DNA of 32,973 bases from Bacteroidota bacterium (GCA_023428865.1 JAEYWT010000147.1:1-32973); one strand, 5' to 3'; positions 16,748-25,712 are shown, counted from the first letter of the stretch. Notes: generated by a model not told the origin, from the sequence alone. Numbers and translations are program-made.

Positions 16748-18736
16748 ATGTCCGGCACCACCCTCATCTCCCCCTGGCAATACTGCCCCAGCCTTACGCA
16801 CTACGAACGTTGGAAGACACGCGCCGTGCGCATCGGCGACATCGGCATCGGTGGCGACAACCCGATCCGGGTGCAGAGCATGACCACCACGGACACCATG
16901 GACACGGAAGCCACCGTGGCCCAAAGCATCCGGATGATCGAAGCGGGTTGTGAACTGGTGCGCATAACCGCGCCGAGCAAGAGCGATGCCGAGAACCTCG
17001 CCGAGATCAAGAAGCGGATACGCGCAGCGGGTTTCACTGCTCCCTTGGTGGCCGATATCCACTTCACCCCGAACGCTGCTGAAGTAGCAGCACGCATCGT
17101 GGAAAAGGTGCGTGTGAACCCCGGCAATTATGCCGACAAGAAGAAATTCGATGTGCGCGAGTACACCGATGGCGAATACGAAGCGGAGTTGGAGCGCATC
17201 CGCAACCGCTTCACCCCCTTGGTGCGCATCTGCAAGGAGCACGGCACGGCCATGCGCATCGGTACCAACCATGGCAGCCTGAGCGATCGTATCCTGAACC
17301 GCTATGGCGACACACCACAAGGCATGGTGGAGAGCGCCTTCGAGTTCCTCCGCATCTGCCGCGACGAGAACTACCACGAGATCGTGCTGAGCATGAAGGC
17401 CAGCAACGTACAAGTGATGGTGCAGGCCTATCGTCTGCTCGTACACCGCATGATAGCCGAGGGCTGGGACTATCCGCTGCACTTGGGTGTGACCGAGGCC
17501 GGCGATGGAGAGGATGGTCGTGTGAAAAGTGCGGCAGGTATCGGTGCCTTATTGGAAGACGGCATCGGCGACACGGTGCGCGTAAGCCTTACCGAAGACC
17601 CCGAGTTCGAGATCCCGGTGGCGCGTGCGTTGGTGGATCGCTACAATACAAGGAAAGGTCACGCACCGATCCCAGCGATGATCGACGCCCCTCTCCCCGG
17701 GATAGGGGCCGGGGGTGAGGGGTATTCCCCATTCACTCATCAACGTCGCCGCACTACCGAAGTCCTCAACATGGGCGCGCGCCATGTTCCGGTAGTCGTT
17801 GCCGACTTGAGCAGCAAGGAGAAGATCACCCCGGCCGCCTTATTCGCTTGGGGCTATCGCTACAGTGTTCCGTTGGACAAGTGGAACATCACCGACCAAG
17901 CGTGCGACTACGTCTTCCTCGGAAAGAACACGATCAACTTCGAGATACCGGGGACGCTGGGCATCATCCAAGAGCACGCCACCTGGCTCACGAACAAGAG
18001 CAAGGAGCGGCACTACCCCTTCCTCAGCAAGCAACTTTATCTCGGAGGCGCAGAACGCCATCCGCAGTTCAACCTGGTCTATGCAAGCTTGCCACAGCTG
18101 GACAGTCGCTTCATCACCGAGCTTAAGGCCGATCCCACCGCCGTGCTGCTCATCGACACGTACAATACGCATGGCATGGCCGAGCAGCGCCGCCTATTCT
18201 TCGAATTGATCACACAGGAATGTCCGGTCCCGGTGATCATCGGCCGAGCCTATGGCGACATCGCGAACGATGCGCTGGTCTTGCACAGCAGCACGGACAT
18301 CGGCCCCTTGTTCATCGATGGCTTCGGTGACGGCATCTTCATTGCCGATGAGGATGGTGGCCGCGAAGACCTGGTCTGCCGCACGGCCTTCGGCATCCTG
18401 CAAGCCACGCGCACGCGCACCAGCAAGACCGAATACATCAGCTGCCCCAGCTGCGGTCGCACGCTGTTCGATCTACAGGAGACCACAGCACGGATCCGCG
18501 CGCGAACCAGCCACCTCAAAGGCATCAAGATCGGCATCATGGGTTGCATCGTGACCGGGCCAGGCGAAATGGCCGATGCCGACTACGGCTACGTGGGCAC
18601 CGGCCCCGGCGTGATCACCCTGTACAAGGAAAAGGAAGTGGTGAAGCGCAATGTACCCAGTGAAAAAGCCGTGGATGAATTGATCGAACTGATCAGGAGC
18701 CATGGGGATTGGGTGGAGTTGGTGGACCAACATTGA
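16748..18736 (+). CDS. ispG: 4-hydroxy-3-methylbut-2-en-1-yl diphosphate synthase, long three-domain (A-A*-B) form
   Basis: IGIGGDNPIRVQSMTTTDT, RITAPS, VADIHF, NPGN, RIGTNHGSL, LGVTEAG, and cluster ligands ISCPSCGRT...GCIVTGPGE. A ~270-aa insert lies between the TIM barrel and the Fe-S domain. ATG at 16748. Confidence 0.92.
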   Translation: MSGTTLISPWQYCPSLTHYERWKTRAVRIGDIGIGGDNPIRVQSMTTTDTMDTEATVAQSIRMIEAGCELVRITAPSKSDAENLAEIKKRIRAAGFTAPLVADIHFTPNAAEVAARIVEKVRVNPGNYADKKKFDVREYTDGEYEAELERIRNRFTPLVRICKEHGTAMRIGTNHGSLSDRILNRYGDTPQGMVESAFEFLRICRDENYHEIVLSMKASNVQVMVQAYRLLVHRMIAEGWDYPLHLGVTEAGDGEDGRVKSAAGIGALLEDGIGDTVRVSLTEDPEFEIPVARALVDRYNTRKGHAPIPAMIDAPLPGIGAGGEGYSPFTHQRRRTTEVLNMGARHVPVVVADLSSKEKITPAALFAWGYRYSVPLDKWNITDQACDYVFLGKNTINFEIPGTLGIIQEHATWLTNKSKERHYPFLSKQLYLGGAERHPQFNLVYASLPQLDSRFITELKADPTAVLLIDTYNTHGMAEQRRLFFELITQECPVPVIIGRAYGDIANDALVLHSSTDIGPLFIDGFGDGIFIADEDGGREDLVCRTAFGILQATRTRTSKTEYISCPSCGRTLFDLQETTARIRARTSHLKGIKIGIMGCIVTGPGEMADADYGYVGTGPGVITLYKEKEVVKRNVPSEKAVDELIELIRSHGDWVELVDQH

Positions 18737-18760
18737 ACACAGACTTACCGCCTTCATCCA

Positions 18761-19786
18761 ATGAAGCAAGTGACCTGCTATTCGATCCTACTTGCCATTC
18801 TGATCCTTCTCTCTACATCCATACGGGCCCAAGATGACCAGCTGGTCAATGGAAAAGGAACAAAGCTGGGCAGTAGGTCGGCGTTTCTTTCCAAATGTCA
18901 CGATACCTGGAACAAGACCCCTGAGTTCTCCTTCATCGATCGCGAGCGCTTCTGTGAATGCGCCATCCCGATCTTCTTGTCCACTGAGGCCATCGCTTCT
19001 ACTACGAACCCGAAGATCCTTGAGCACGTAGACCTTGCCATCCTTATTGGAGGACGAGAGACGGCTTTCGAGGAGATCCTTGCGTGTTCTGGAATGGAGA
19101 TGGGCATGGTACGGCTATCAACCATTGGGCCGGATGGTGTGGCTCATATGCGGTCAGAGTGCTCGGCTCAGTTGGCAAAAGAAGCCACCATCCAGAATGC
19201 AGGCATTAGCGCACAAGTCCTATGTGATTGCCTCATTCATGAGGTCCTCTCGCGAGACCTGACCATCGGAGACATCTATGCCGCAATGGATCCGAACTCC
19301 CCGCTGTTCAATGAGGTTTTCCTGCCGTGTGCCGAAAACTCCACGAAAAAGGACTTTGACAGTATAAGTTCATCCGAAGACATTGCAGGACCGGTAGGTA
19401 CCACAACTGTTCCGGTGATCCAATACAGCAATGTCCACAAGGTCAAAGTCCGCCTTGGTGACACTGAACAATATTTCATCATTGACTCTGGCGCCGATGC
19501 CTGCATCGTATCGAAGAAATTCGCCGTTCAACTAGAGCAGGCGGGCCTGATCGATAGAACCACGACATTACCCGATCGTGACTACATGCTCGCCAATGGC
19601 ACATTCGTCACCTGTCAACGATTCCTAGTGAACGGCTTCCAGATCGGCCCACTCAGGATCGACCGGGTCTTGGTCGCCTGCATGGACCGGGACATCCAGT
19701 ACCTCCTGGGAAAATCACTTCTTCAGAAGTTCAAGACCTGGCGAATAGATGAGTCCGCGAAGACCATCTCCTTCGAGCGCTACTGA
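18761..19786 (+). CDS. Secreted retropepsin-like (clan AA) aspartic protease with a Cys-containing N-terminal domain of unknown function
   Basis: Signal peptide MKQVTCYSILLAILILLSTSIRAQD. Active-site context YFIIDSGADACIVS (D-S-G-A), and a C-terminal LLGKSLLQKF..WRIDESAKTISF. Confidence 0.65.
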   Translation: MKQVTCYSILLAILILLSTSIRAQDDQLVNGKGTKLGSRSAFLSKCHDTWNKTPEFSFIDRERFCECAIPIFLSTEAIASTTNPKILEHVDLAILIGGRETAFEEILACSGMEMGMVRLSTIGPDGVAHMRSECSAQLAKEATIQNAGISAQVLCDCLIHEVLSRDLTIGDIYAAMDPNSPLFNEVFLPCAENSTKKDFDSISSSEDIAGPVGTTTVPVIQYSNVHKVKVRLGDTEQYFIIDSGADACIVSKKFAVQLEQAGLIDRTTTLPDRDYMLANGTFVTCQRFLVNGFQIGPLRIDRVLVACMDRDIQYLLGKSLLQKFKTWRIDESAKTISFERY

Positions 19787-19814
19787 GCACTCTTGGTCAA
19801 ACTGGCCTTATGCT

Positions 19815-20840
19815 CTACCCTTTCGGCAACCGCATACGCTTATCCCGGAAAACGCCGATGTACTGCAGGCTTACTTCCATGCCACCGCGATACATGGTCT
19901 GTGTGCGAAGCTTGCTGATGTTGATGTCGTAGCTCAGGGCCGCTACGAAATTGCGCTCCCACTCGAACTGGATCGTGGGAAGGATGGCATCACCTACGCG
20001 GTAGAAAGCGCCTAAGTAGAAGGCCGAAGAGTTCTTGTCGGTGGTGTAGCGGCTGTCCACGCCGATCCTACGGTGCAGCAGACCACCTATGTTGATCTCG
20101 CGACTGATGCCTTGTTGGGCTACGAAGAACTTCGGCAACCACACCCAGCGCTTCCCGTCGATGCGTAATTCGCCATGGACCACGTAGCGGCGTAGCAGCT
20201 CATCCTCTGCACTTCCGAAGAGGGAAACACGCGGTTGGTTCAGGTGGAAAGCAGAAGTACCACCCTTCCAGCGGATACCGCCTTTCAACTCTCCTTTCGC
20301 GAGAAGACCTGCGCCGAGATCAACGAAGCGCGAGGAGCTGTTCGCCATGGCTTCGTTGTTGGGTAACGTGGGGTCATAGCCCGCGCCATTGTATTGGCTG
20401 TCCCAGCGCAGGCCTTGGAATTGGGCACTGCGTTGGCCATAACCACCTTGCAGACCGAACGCAAGCAAGCTTGAAGCGCCACTGCGGATGGCGTAAGACA
20501 CGCTCAGGTTGGCTTGTGTATCACCGAATCGCGCAGCCCCGGCACGATCGCTGAAGGCATTCACCCCAAGACCCAAATAGCGCCCTTTGCCGAGCTTCCC
20601 TTCGAGCACAGGTGCATCGTAACTGAAGGCATCAGTGCGAAAAGGACTGCCGATACTGCGCCATTGTTCGCGATGGATGATCGCGAAACGTTGGTCGCCT
20701 TCCATGTCACCAGCGTTCGCCGGGTTGATGACCAAGGGTGCATTGAAGAACTGTCCGAAGTGGACATCTTGAGCCCATACGGACTGCTGTGCGACAAGGC
20801 CGCAGAGCACCAAGCGCATCATGTGCATCAGCGTCATCAT
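19815..20840 (-). CDS. PorP/SprF family type IX secretion system membrane protein
   Basis: Signal peptide, then DVHFGQFFNAPLVINPANAG, the hallmark PorP_SprF N-terminal motif. The body is beta-barrel-like. The start ATG overlaps the stop of the upstream cargo gene (ATGA). Confidence 0.85.
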   Translation of the reverse strand: MMTLMHMMRLVLCGLVAQQSVWAQDVHFGQFFNAPLVINPANAGDMEGDQRFAIIHREQWRSIGSPFRTDAFSYDAPVLEGKLGKGRYLGLGVNAFSDRAGAARFGDTQANLSVSYAIRSGASSLLAFGLQGGYGQRSAQFQGLRWDSQYNGAGYDPTLPNNEAMANSSSRFVDLGAGLLAKGELKGGIRWKGGTSAFHLNQPRVSLFGSAEDELLRRYVVHGELRIDGKRWVWLPKFFVAQQGISREINIGGLLHRRIGVDSRYTTDKNSSAFYLGAFYRVGDAILPTIQFEWERNFVAALSYDINISKLRTQTMYRGGMEVSLQYIGVFRDKRMRLPKG

Positions 20841-23800
20841 CGTACCAAGGTGATGTTACCTGTCCGTTCGATCCGCGTTCCATCCTCCGCTCGGGCGAAT
20901 AGCGTGTAGACGTATACGCCGCTTGCACTGCGATCGCCATTCGCCGTTCCATCCCATCCCTGATCCACACTTCCGCTGGCGAAAAGGCGACTGCCCCAAC
21001 GGTCAAAGACAGCGAATTCCATTTCCACCACGGTCGGCCCTCGAACGTATAGCACGTCGTTGTTCCCATCGCCGTTCGGGCTGAACACATCGGGAATGAA
21101 GACCACTTCACTATCGCGGATGCAGATATCGATGGCCATGCTATCTGCACAGAAACCTTCGTTCCAAACTACCAGCTGCGTGCGATAAGATCCGGCCACG
21201 CCATGGTCATAGGTCGGGTTCACACCCGGTTCGTAGGGGATGGTATCCGCATTGATCACCCAGTGACCACCCACCGCATTGTTGCTCAGATCGATGAAGG
21301 TTACCTCTCGCTGCTCAAATGGGATGCACGTTTCATTGGGGTTGCTGCTGTACAGCGCGGTGATGACCGGCCAGCTAGGTATGCGGATCAAGCTATCGGA
21401 CTGGCAACCGGTCTCTTGGTTCGTCACAGTGGCCATGGCGAGCCCCCCTGCTGGCAGTACGATGCTATCCGCCACGATCTCTTCGGAACCCGTGCTCCAG
21501 TGGAACACGTAGGTACCCGGTGCATCCACGCCACCGCTCACATACCCGGGTTCTCCATAGCATTGCATGTCCGATAAGGTGAACTGCGGCTCGAATGGCG
21601 GATGCACCACGATATCGATGGTCTCTGTGACCGGATCACTACAGCCATCGTTGATGAAGACCGTATAGGTGGTCGAGGTGGTAGGACTCACGCTTACGGT
21701 CGCCGCCGGGAATAGTCCATTATCCCATTGGAAAGCGAGCAGACCTTGAGGATCGCCGCCTTGTGTCGTGGCAACGATGCCTGTGCCACCTCCAGTGCAG
21801 ATCGGGTTATTGGAAGCGACCAGTTCCACACTGAGCGCAGGGTGATCCGAGAAGCGGACGGTATCACTCGACTGGCAATTGCCGGAACCGTACGTATAGA
21901 CCAAGGTGTAGTCGCCATCGGGCAAGGTGCTGGGGTTGAAACTTGTGGTACCCAAGCCTTGGAACACGCCACCCTCTGGCGCAAGTGAAATGATGATCTC
22001 CACCTCGTTGGAACAGTAACGTTCTTGCACGCCGCTGATGGTGGCTTGTAGGAAGGGTATCACCGTGACTTCCACACTATCGCGGCAGCCGCCCGGAGTA
22101 GTGTACTGGATCATATGTACCCCGCTGCCAGCGACCGCAGGATCGAACAGCCCAGCATCGTCCACCCCTGCCCCAGTGAAGTTGGCCCCAGGAGGCACGT
22201 TCGCCAGGTAGAACGGACCAATGGAAGCGCAGACGGTAAGTGGATCGTTGGGGAGTTGTGCAGGATGAATGATCGCGATCAACGCATCACTGCATGTATT
22301 CGCTTCATACGTTAGCAGGTGTACACCAATACCAGCCTGTTGCGGCCGGAAGAACCAGTCGCCGTCGCCATTCTGCTGGATGGAAGCTCCTGACCAATCG
22401 CCATCCCATGGCCTTCTTCCCGTGGTTTCCTCATTCAATTGAAAGGCCGCATCGCCAGCGCAGAAGAAGAGGGTATCTACGTCCAAGCGCGTAAAGCCTA
22501 CCCAAATGCCGATGGTATCCACACAACCGTTGGGCGCGAAATAGAGGATCTCATCCCAACCATTGCCAGCTTGCACAGGATCGTATGTACCCGCAATCGC
22601 ATCCACAATGCCCTCGCCGGTCCATGTTCCACCTGCGGGAATAGCAGCGGGTTGCAAGGTGAAAGGAGCGGGCTGATCGGGACATGCGCTGCGGCTTCCT
22701 CCAATGTCCACCGGTTTCACATGGATGGTGAATTGTTCGTCGCAACCGTGCAGCGCATAGGTCAAGGTGTGCGTTCCACCGCCGGCTTCGTCCGGATCGA
22801 AGGTGCCGCGCAGCGAGTCCACGATACCGGCACCATACCAGCGACCGCCCCACGGCAGTGCGGGTATATCGAACGGCACGTTGCTCTCGCAGACGGTATC
22901 GAGCTGGGTTTCTCCGGTTATCACATCCACATTGATGGTCTTCGTATCGGAGCATACGCCCGCCGAATAGGTGACCACGTAAGAACCGACCGTGCTGGGG
23001 TCGAACCAACCATCTGGCGTGATGAAGGGCCCATTCCAAACACCCCCGGCCGGTGTGTGGTCAACGATCCGGAAAGGTGCGGTCCCGGGACAGGCAGCCT
23101 CATCAAGTCCAGCATCCATACTATCCACGAACAAGGTGATCTGCGCTTCGCAGCCGCCTGGAATACCATAGCTGAGCACATGCGCACCAGGGCCTGCGGT
23201 ATCCGGATCGAAGGTTCCGGCAAGGCTATCGAGGATGCCAGCACCGCTCCACCATCCCCCGGGTGGTTGGCTTTGTATATCGAACGCCTCGGCCGACTGG
23301 CATACCGAAGCAGGCACTCCAATGATCTGCGGATCCAGCACCACGATGGTGACGGAATGGCTCGCCTGCGCCCCTGTTCCATTCTCTGTAGCCACCACGG
23401 AATACGTCGTTGTCGTGGTAGGACATACGCAGATCGGTCCACGTACCGCTGGAAGACCGTTATCCCACACATACGTGTAGGCCAGACACCCGTTCACATC
23501 GGCGACCAGGTCGATACAGGATCCAGAGCAAATGGTATCAGCGGTAGCGATGATCTCCACATCGATCGGACACGTGCTGATCTGGGTGCTCGCGTGCAAG
23601 GTGAAATACCAGAGCGAATCACATCGATCGCGCAGACCGATGCGGAAGGAAAGGTCATACGGACAATTGCGCTCGAAGGGTGGCGCCAGCATGAGCCGTA
23701 GGTTCTGCGTATAACCCGATGCACAGCCCATGGGCTGCACGCCGACAACATCCGGTGCGCCTTCACCGATCAGCTGCACCACATCAACCACCATGGAGTC

Positions 23801-24319
23801 GCATGCCACGGGGTAACTGAAGTGTAGATCCAACCGGGAACTGTTGCACGCAGGTGCTGTGGGAATGGTCATTACCGGAGGCACGGGTGGCGCAGCATAG
23901 CTGGTCCATTGCGCCTCGAAACCACAATACGCCACGTTCTGGTCGCTCACGAAATGCACGGTGAGCACGCCGCTGTTCGCCACGATGGGCGGTGGTGCCG
24001 TTGTGCCCGAATACGCCGGACCGATCTGTGGTGAGTTGATAGAAGGACCGTCGTGGAAACTGATGAAGTCGTAACCCTGTTCGAGACAGAACAGCGGGCT
24101 GAACACCAAGGTGATCTGGCTGCCCGCATCGATGGTGAAGACGAGGTCCTCGTTATTGCCGTAGAGGTTGCCACCCGGCCCGGCTTCGCTATCCAGTAGA
24201 ATGCCCTTGCACTCGGTGACCGTGGTGTCGGCCATGTTGAATTCTGGCAACACCTGTCCGTGCGCTACACCGAGCGACACACCTGCCACGAGGGCCAGCG
24301 ATGTGCGTAAGCTGGACAT
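20837..24319 (-). CDS. Large T9SS cargo or adhesin: signal peptide, CUB-like domain, Cys-rich region, Ig-like modules, seven ~70-aa repeats, PKD-like domain, type-B (gliding motility-associated) C-terminal domain
   Basis: C-terminus VFIPDVFSPNGDGNNDVLYV...FDRWGSRLF...GWDGTANG...ASGVYVYTL...GNITLVR matches the CHU_C / type-B CTD pattern. See the sub-features for the other domains. Confidence 0.85.
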   Translation of the reverse strand: MSSLRTSLALVAGVSLGVAHGQVLPEFNMADTTVTECKGILLDSEAGPGGNLYGNNEDLVFTIDAGSQITLVFSPLFCLEQGYDFISFHDGPSINSPQIGPAYSGTTAPPPIVANSGVLTVHFVSDQNVAYCGFEAQWTSYAAPPVPPVMTIPTAPACNSSRLDLHFSYPVACDSMVVDVVQLIGEGAPDVVGVQPMGCASGYTQNLRLMLAPPFERNCPYDLSFRIGLRDRCDSLWYFTLHASTQISTCPIDVEIIATADTICSGSCIDLVADVNGCLAYTYVWDNGLPAVRGPICVCPTTTTTYSVVATENGTGAQASHSVTIVVLDPQIIGVPASVCQSAEAFDIQSQPPGGWWSGAGILDSLAGTFDPDTAGPGAHVLSYGIPGGCEAQITLFVDSMDAGLDEAACPGTAPFRIVDHTPAGGVWNGPFITPDGWFDPSTVGSYVVTYSAGVCSDTKTINVDVITGETQLDTVCESNVPFDIPALPWGGRWYGAGIVDSLRGTFDPDEAGGGTHTLTYALHGCDEQFTIHVKPVDIGGSRSACPDQPAPFTLQPAAIPAGGTWTGEGIVDAIAGTYDPVQAGNGWDEILYFAPNGCVDTIGIWVGFTRLDVDTLFFCAGDAAFQLNEETTGRRPWDGDWSGASIQQNGDGDWFFRPQQAGIGVHLLTYEANTCSDALIAIIHPAQLPNDPLTVCASIGPFYLANVPPGANFTGAGVDDAGLFDPAVAGSGVHMIQYTTPGGCRDSVEVTVIPFLQATISGVQERYCSNEVEIIISLAPEGGVFQGLGTTSFNPSTLPDGDYTLVYTYGSGNCQSSDTVRFSDHPALSVELVASNNPICTGGGTGIVATTQGGDPQGLLAFQWDNGLFPAATVSVSPTTSTTYTVFINDGCSDPVTETIDIVVHPPFEPQFTLSDMQCYGEPGYVSGGVDAPGTYVFHWSTGSEEIVADSIVLPAGGLAMATVTNQETGCQSDSLIRIPSWPVITALYSSNPNETCIPFEQREVTFIDLSNNAVGGHWVINADTIPYEPGVNPTYDHGVAGSYRTQLVVWNEGFCADSMAIDICIRDSEVVFIPDVFSPNGDGNNDVLYVRGPTVVEMEFAVFDRWGSRLFASGSVDQGWDGTANGDRSASGVYVYTLFARAEDGTRIERTGNITLVR
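21845..23317 (-). repeat. Seven divergent tandem protein repeats (~65-75 aa each, residues ~335-825)
   Basis: Recurring pattern C..(..)PF.(5-9)P.GG.W.G.GI.D...G.FDP..AG.G.H.L.Y....GC......V. Examples are PPGGWWSGAGILDSLAGTFDPDTAGPGAHVLSY, PWGGRWYGAGIVDSLRGTFDPDEAGGGTHTLTY and PAGGTWTGEGIVDAIAGTYDPVQAGNGW. The repeats are protein-level only, with no near-identical DNA copies. Confidence 0.7.
23903..24211 (-). other. CUB-like domain (residues ~37-139 of the 1160-aa protein)
   Basis: CKGILLDSEAGPGGNLYGNNEDLVFTIDAGSQITLVFSPLFCLEQGYDFISFHDGPSINSPQIGPAYSG...SGVLTVHFVSDQNVAYCGFEAQW aligns by eye to the CUB pattern C..G.......Y.....C.W.I.....I.L.F..F.LE...YD.v.i.DG......G...G...P......S....l...F.SD.s....GF.A.y. 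Confidence 0.55.
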
Positions 24320-24322
24320 GGT

Positions 24323-24772
24323 TCACGGGTTCTGCGCAGCGTTGATGGTAATGGCCGATGTAGTGATGGTATTGCTGCGGTTGCCCGCGCGATCCTCCAC
24401 GTAGAAGCTATAGGTCATCACTTCCTGGTCACTATTGCCGAGCAGGAAAAGCGGCGAAAGTTCCACCACCAGTTCGCCTTGTATGGCGATCTCGTGATCG
24501 GGTGGTGCCAGTGGTATGATATGGTAACCATCGGCTACGGAAAGTCGACTGTCCTTCACCCACAATGAGTGGTCATCCGGATCGGAGCGCCCTAGATCCC
24601 CATCGCCATCCTTGTAGCTGAACCGCAGCATCACCGGTGTTTGGAATTCGGTGATCTGCGCTGGTCCCACGCTGGTCAGTTCGATGGAAGGTTCCTTCGG
24701 CATCACCTCCACCTTCTCCTTCTTACAGGCCGATAGTGCGATCACGAAAAGGAATATGACCACCTTGTTCAT
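24323..24772 (-). CDS. Small lipoprotein, predicted beta-sandwich, unknown function
   Basis: Lipobox MNKVVIFLFVIALSAC-KKE, and an acidic DGDGDLGRSDPDD loop. ATGA overlap with the upstream gene, and its stop lies 3 nt before the cargo gene start. Confidence 0.6.
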   Translation of the reverse strand: MNKVVIFLFVIALSACKKEKVEVMPKEPSIELTSVGPAQITEFQTPVMLRFSYKDGDGDLGRSDPDDHSLWVKDSRLSVADGYHIIPLAPPDHEIAIQGELVVELSPLFLLGNSDQEVMTYSFYVEDRAGNRSNTITTSAITINAAQNP

Positions 24773-25710
24773 GCGGCAACGCGTAAAGTGAAGTAGTTGG
24801 TCATAGGAGTTCCGGTATTGTCATCCGGGATCTCCGTTGGCACGTCGTGATCACCGTCCTGCACATAGACCCTAACGAAGAGCACAGTGCCCGGTGCATG
24901 GTCGCCGAGCTGAAGGGAGACCTTGTGGGTGAAGGTGATGCTGCTGTTGCCGAAGTCGGGTCCCGAAACGGTCGAACCGGTCTGCAGATCCAAAGCAGGA
25001 ATGGCTTCGAAGGCCGTGCCCGCAAGAGCCACCTTGACTTTGTTGTGGGTAAGCGTGCTGGGTGGTGTGGTGTCGTCGGAAAAGGCGAACCAGAGATCCA
25101 CATTGCCCGCTGGCACAGTGATCGGTTGAATGCCTTCTCCCGTTCCACGAGCAAAGGCACCGGTGGTCGCATCAGCTGGAAAAGCCATCAGTCCGGTTAC
25201 CTGTGGTTGCAAATTTCCAGCGCCTGGAAGCTGACCGAACATGTCGCGCGCACCGGCAGCGATCCAATTATCGATGGCTGCTTTGTACGCTGCGCTGTTG
25301 GCTGGCCAGTCGGTGTTCTCGGTGAAGCCCAGCGGCATGATACCCGACGTGTTCGGAATGAAGATGTTCAGCCGCGCGTGAAGCAGGGAGGCGCTCACAT
25401 CGCCCGGCACCACGCGGTGCGTGTAACTGTTCTGCGGATCATTGGCGATCACCGGGTGCAGCACCAGCGAGTTGTACGAACTGCCTATGCTGCGGAACTC
25501 CGGCTCGAAAGAACCGTCGTGGCAACCGCTGATAGCGCAGTTCGGGCGCAGGATCCGCTGATGGATCCAAGCGAAGTTGCTCTGCGGAATGGCGTCCACC
25601 GTGGGGTTCGGATCGCGGCGCTCCAACGCATCGTACGGATCGGGCGTCTCCTTCTTGCACGCTGCCAGCACGAACACGATGAACGATATGCAGAGCAGGA
25701 ACTTCTTCAT
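24769..25710 (-). CDS. Lipoprotein with an N-terminal PSCyt-like (Planctomycete cytochrome-c-like) motif C-x4-CH and a C-terminal beta-rich domain
   Basis: Lipobox MKKFLLCISFIVFVLAAC-KKE. FAWIHQRILRPNCAISGCHDG...HRVVPGDVSASLLHARL...MP resembles the PSCyt pattern f..V.PIl...C..CH...(vvPG.p..S.L..rl). Confidence 0.55.
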   Translation of the reverse strand: MKKFLLCISFIVFVLAACKKETPDPYDALERRDPNPTVDAIPQSNFAWIHQRILRPNCAISGCHDGSFEPEFRSIGSSYNSLVLHPVIANDPQNSYTHRVVPGDVSASLLHARLNIFIPNTSGIMPLGFTENTDWPANSAAYKAAIDNWIAAGARDMFGQLPGAGNLQPQVTGLMAFPADATTGAFARGTGEGIQPITVPAGNVDLWFAFSDDTTPPSTLTHNKVKVALAGTAFEAIPALDLQTGSTVSGPDFGNSSITFTHKVSLQLGDHAPGTVLFVRVYVQDGDHDVPTEIPDDNTGTPMTNYFTLRVAA

Positions 25711-25712
25711 GA

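Noticed and set aside
22439-23701. 420-aa plus-strand ORF inside the 1160-aa T9SS cargo gene
   Set aside because: It is antisense to a gene with strong domain evidence (repeats, CTD). Its R/G/H/I-rich composition is typical of the antisense frame of GC-rich coding DNA.
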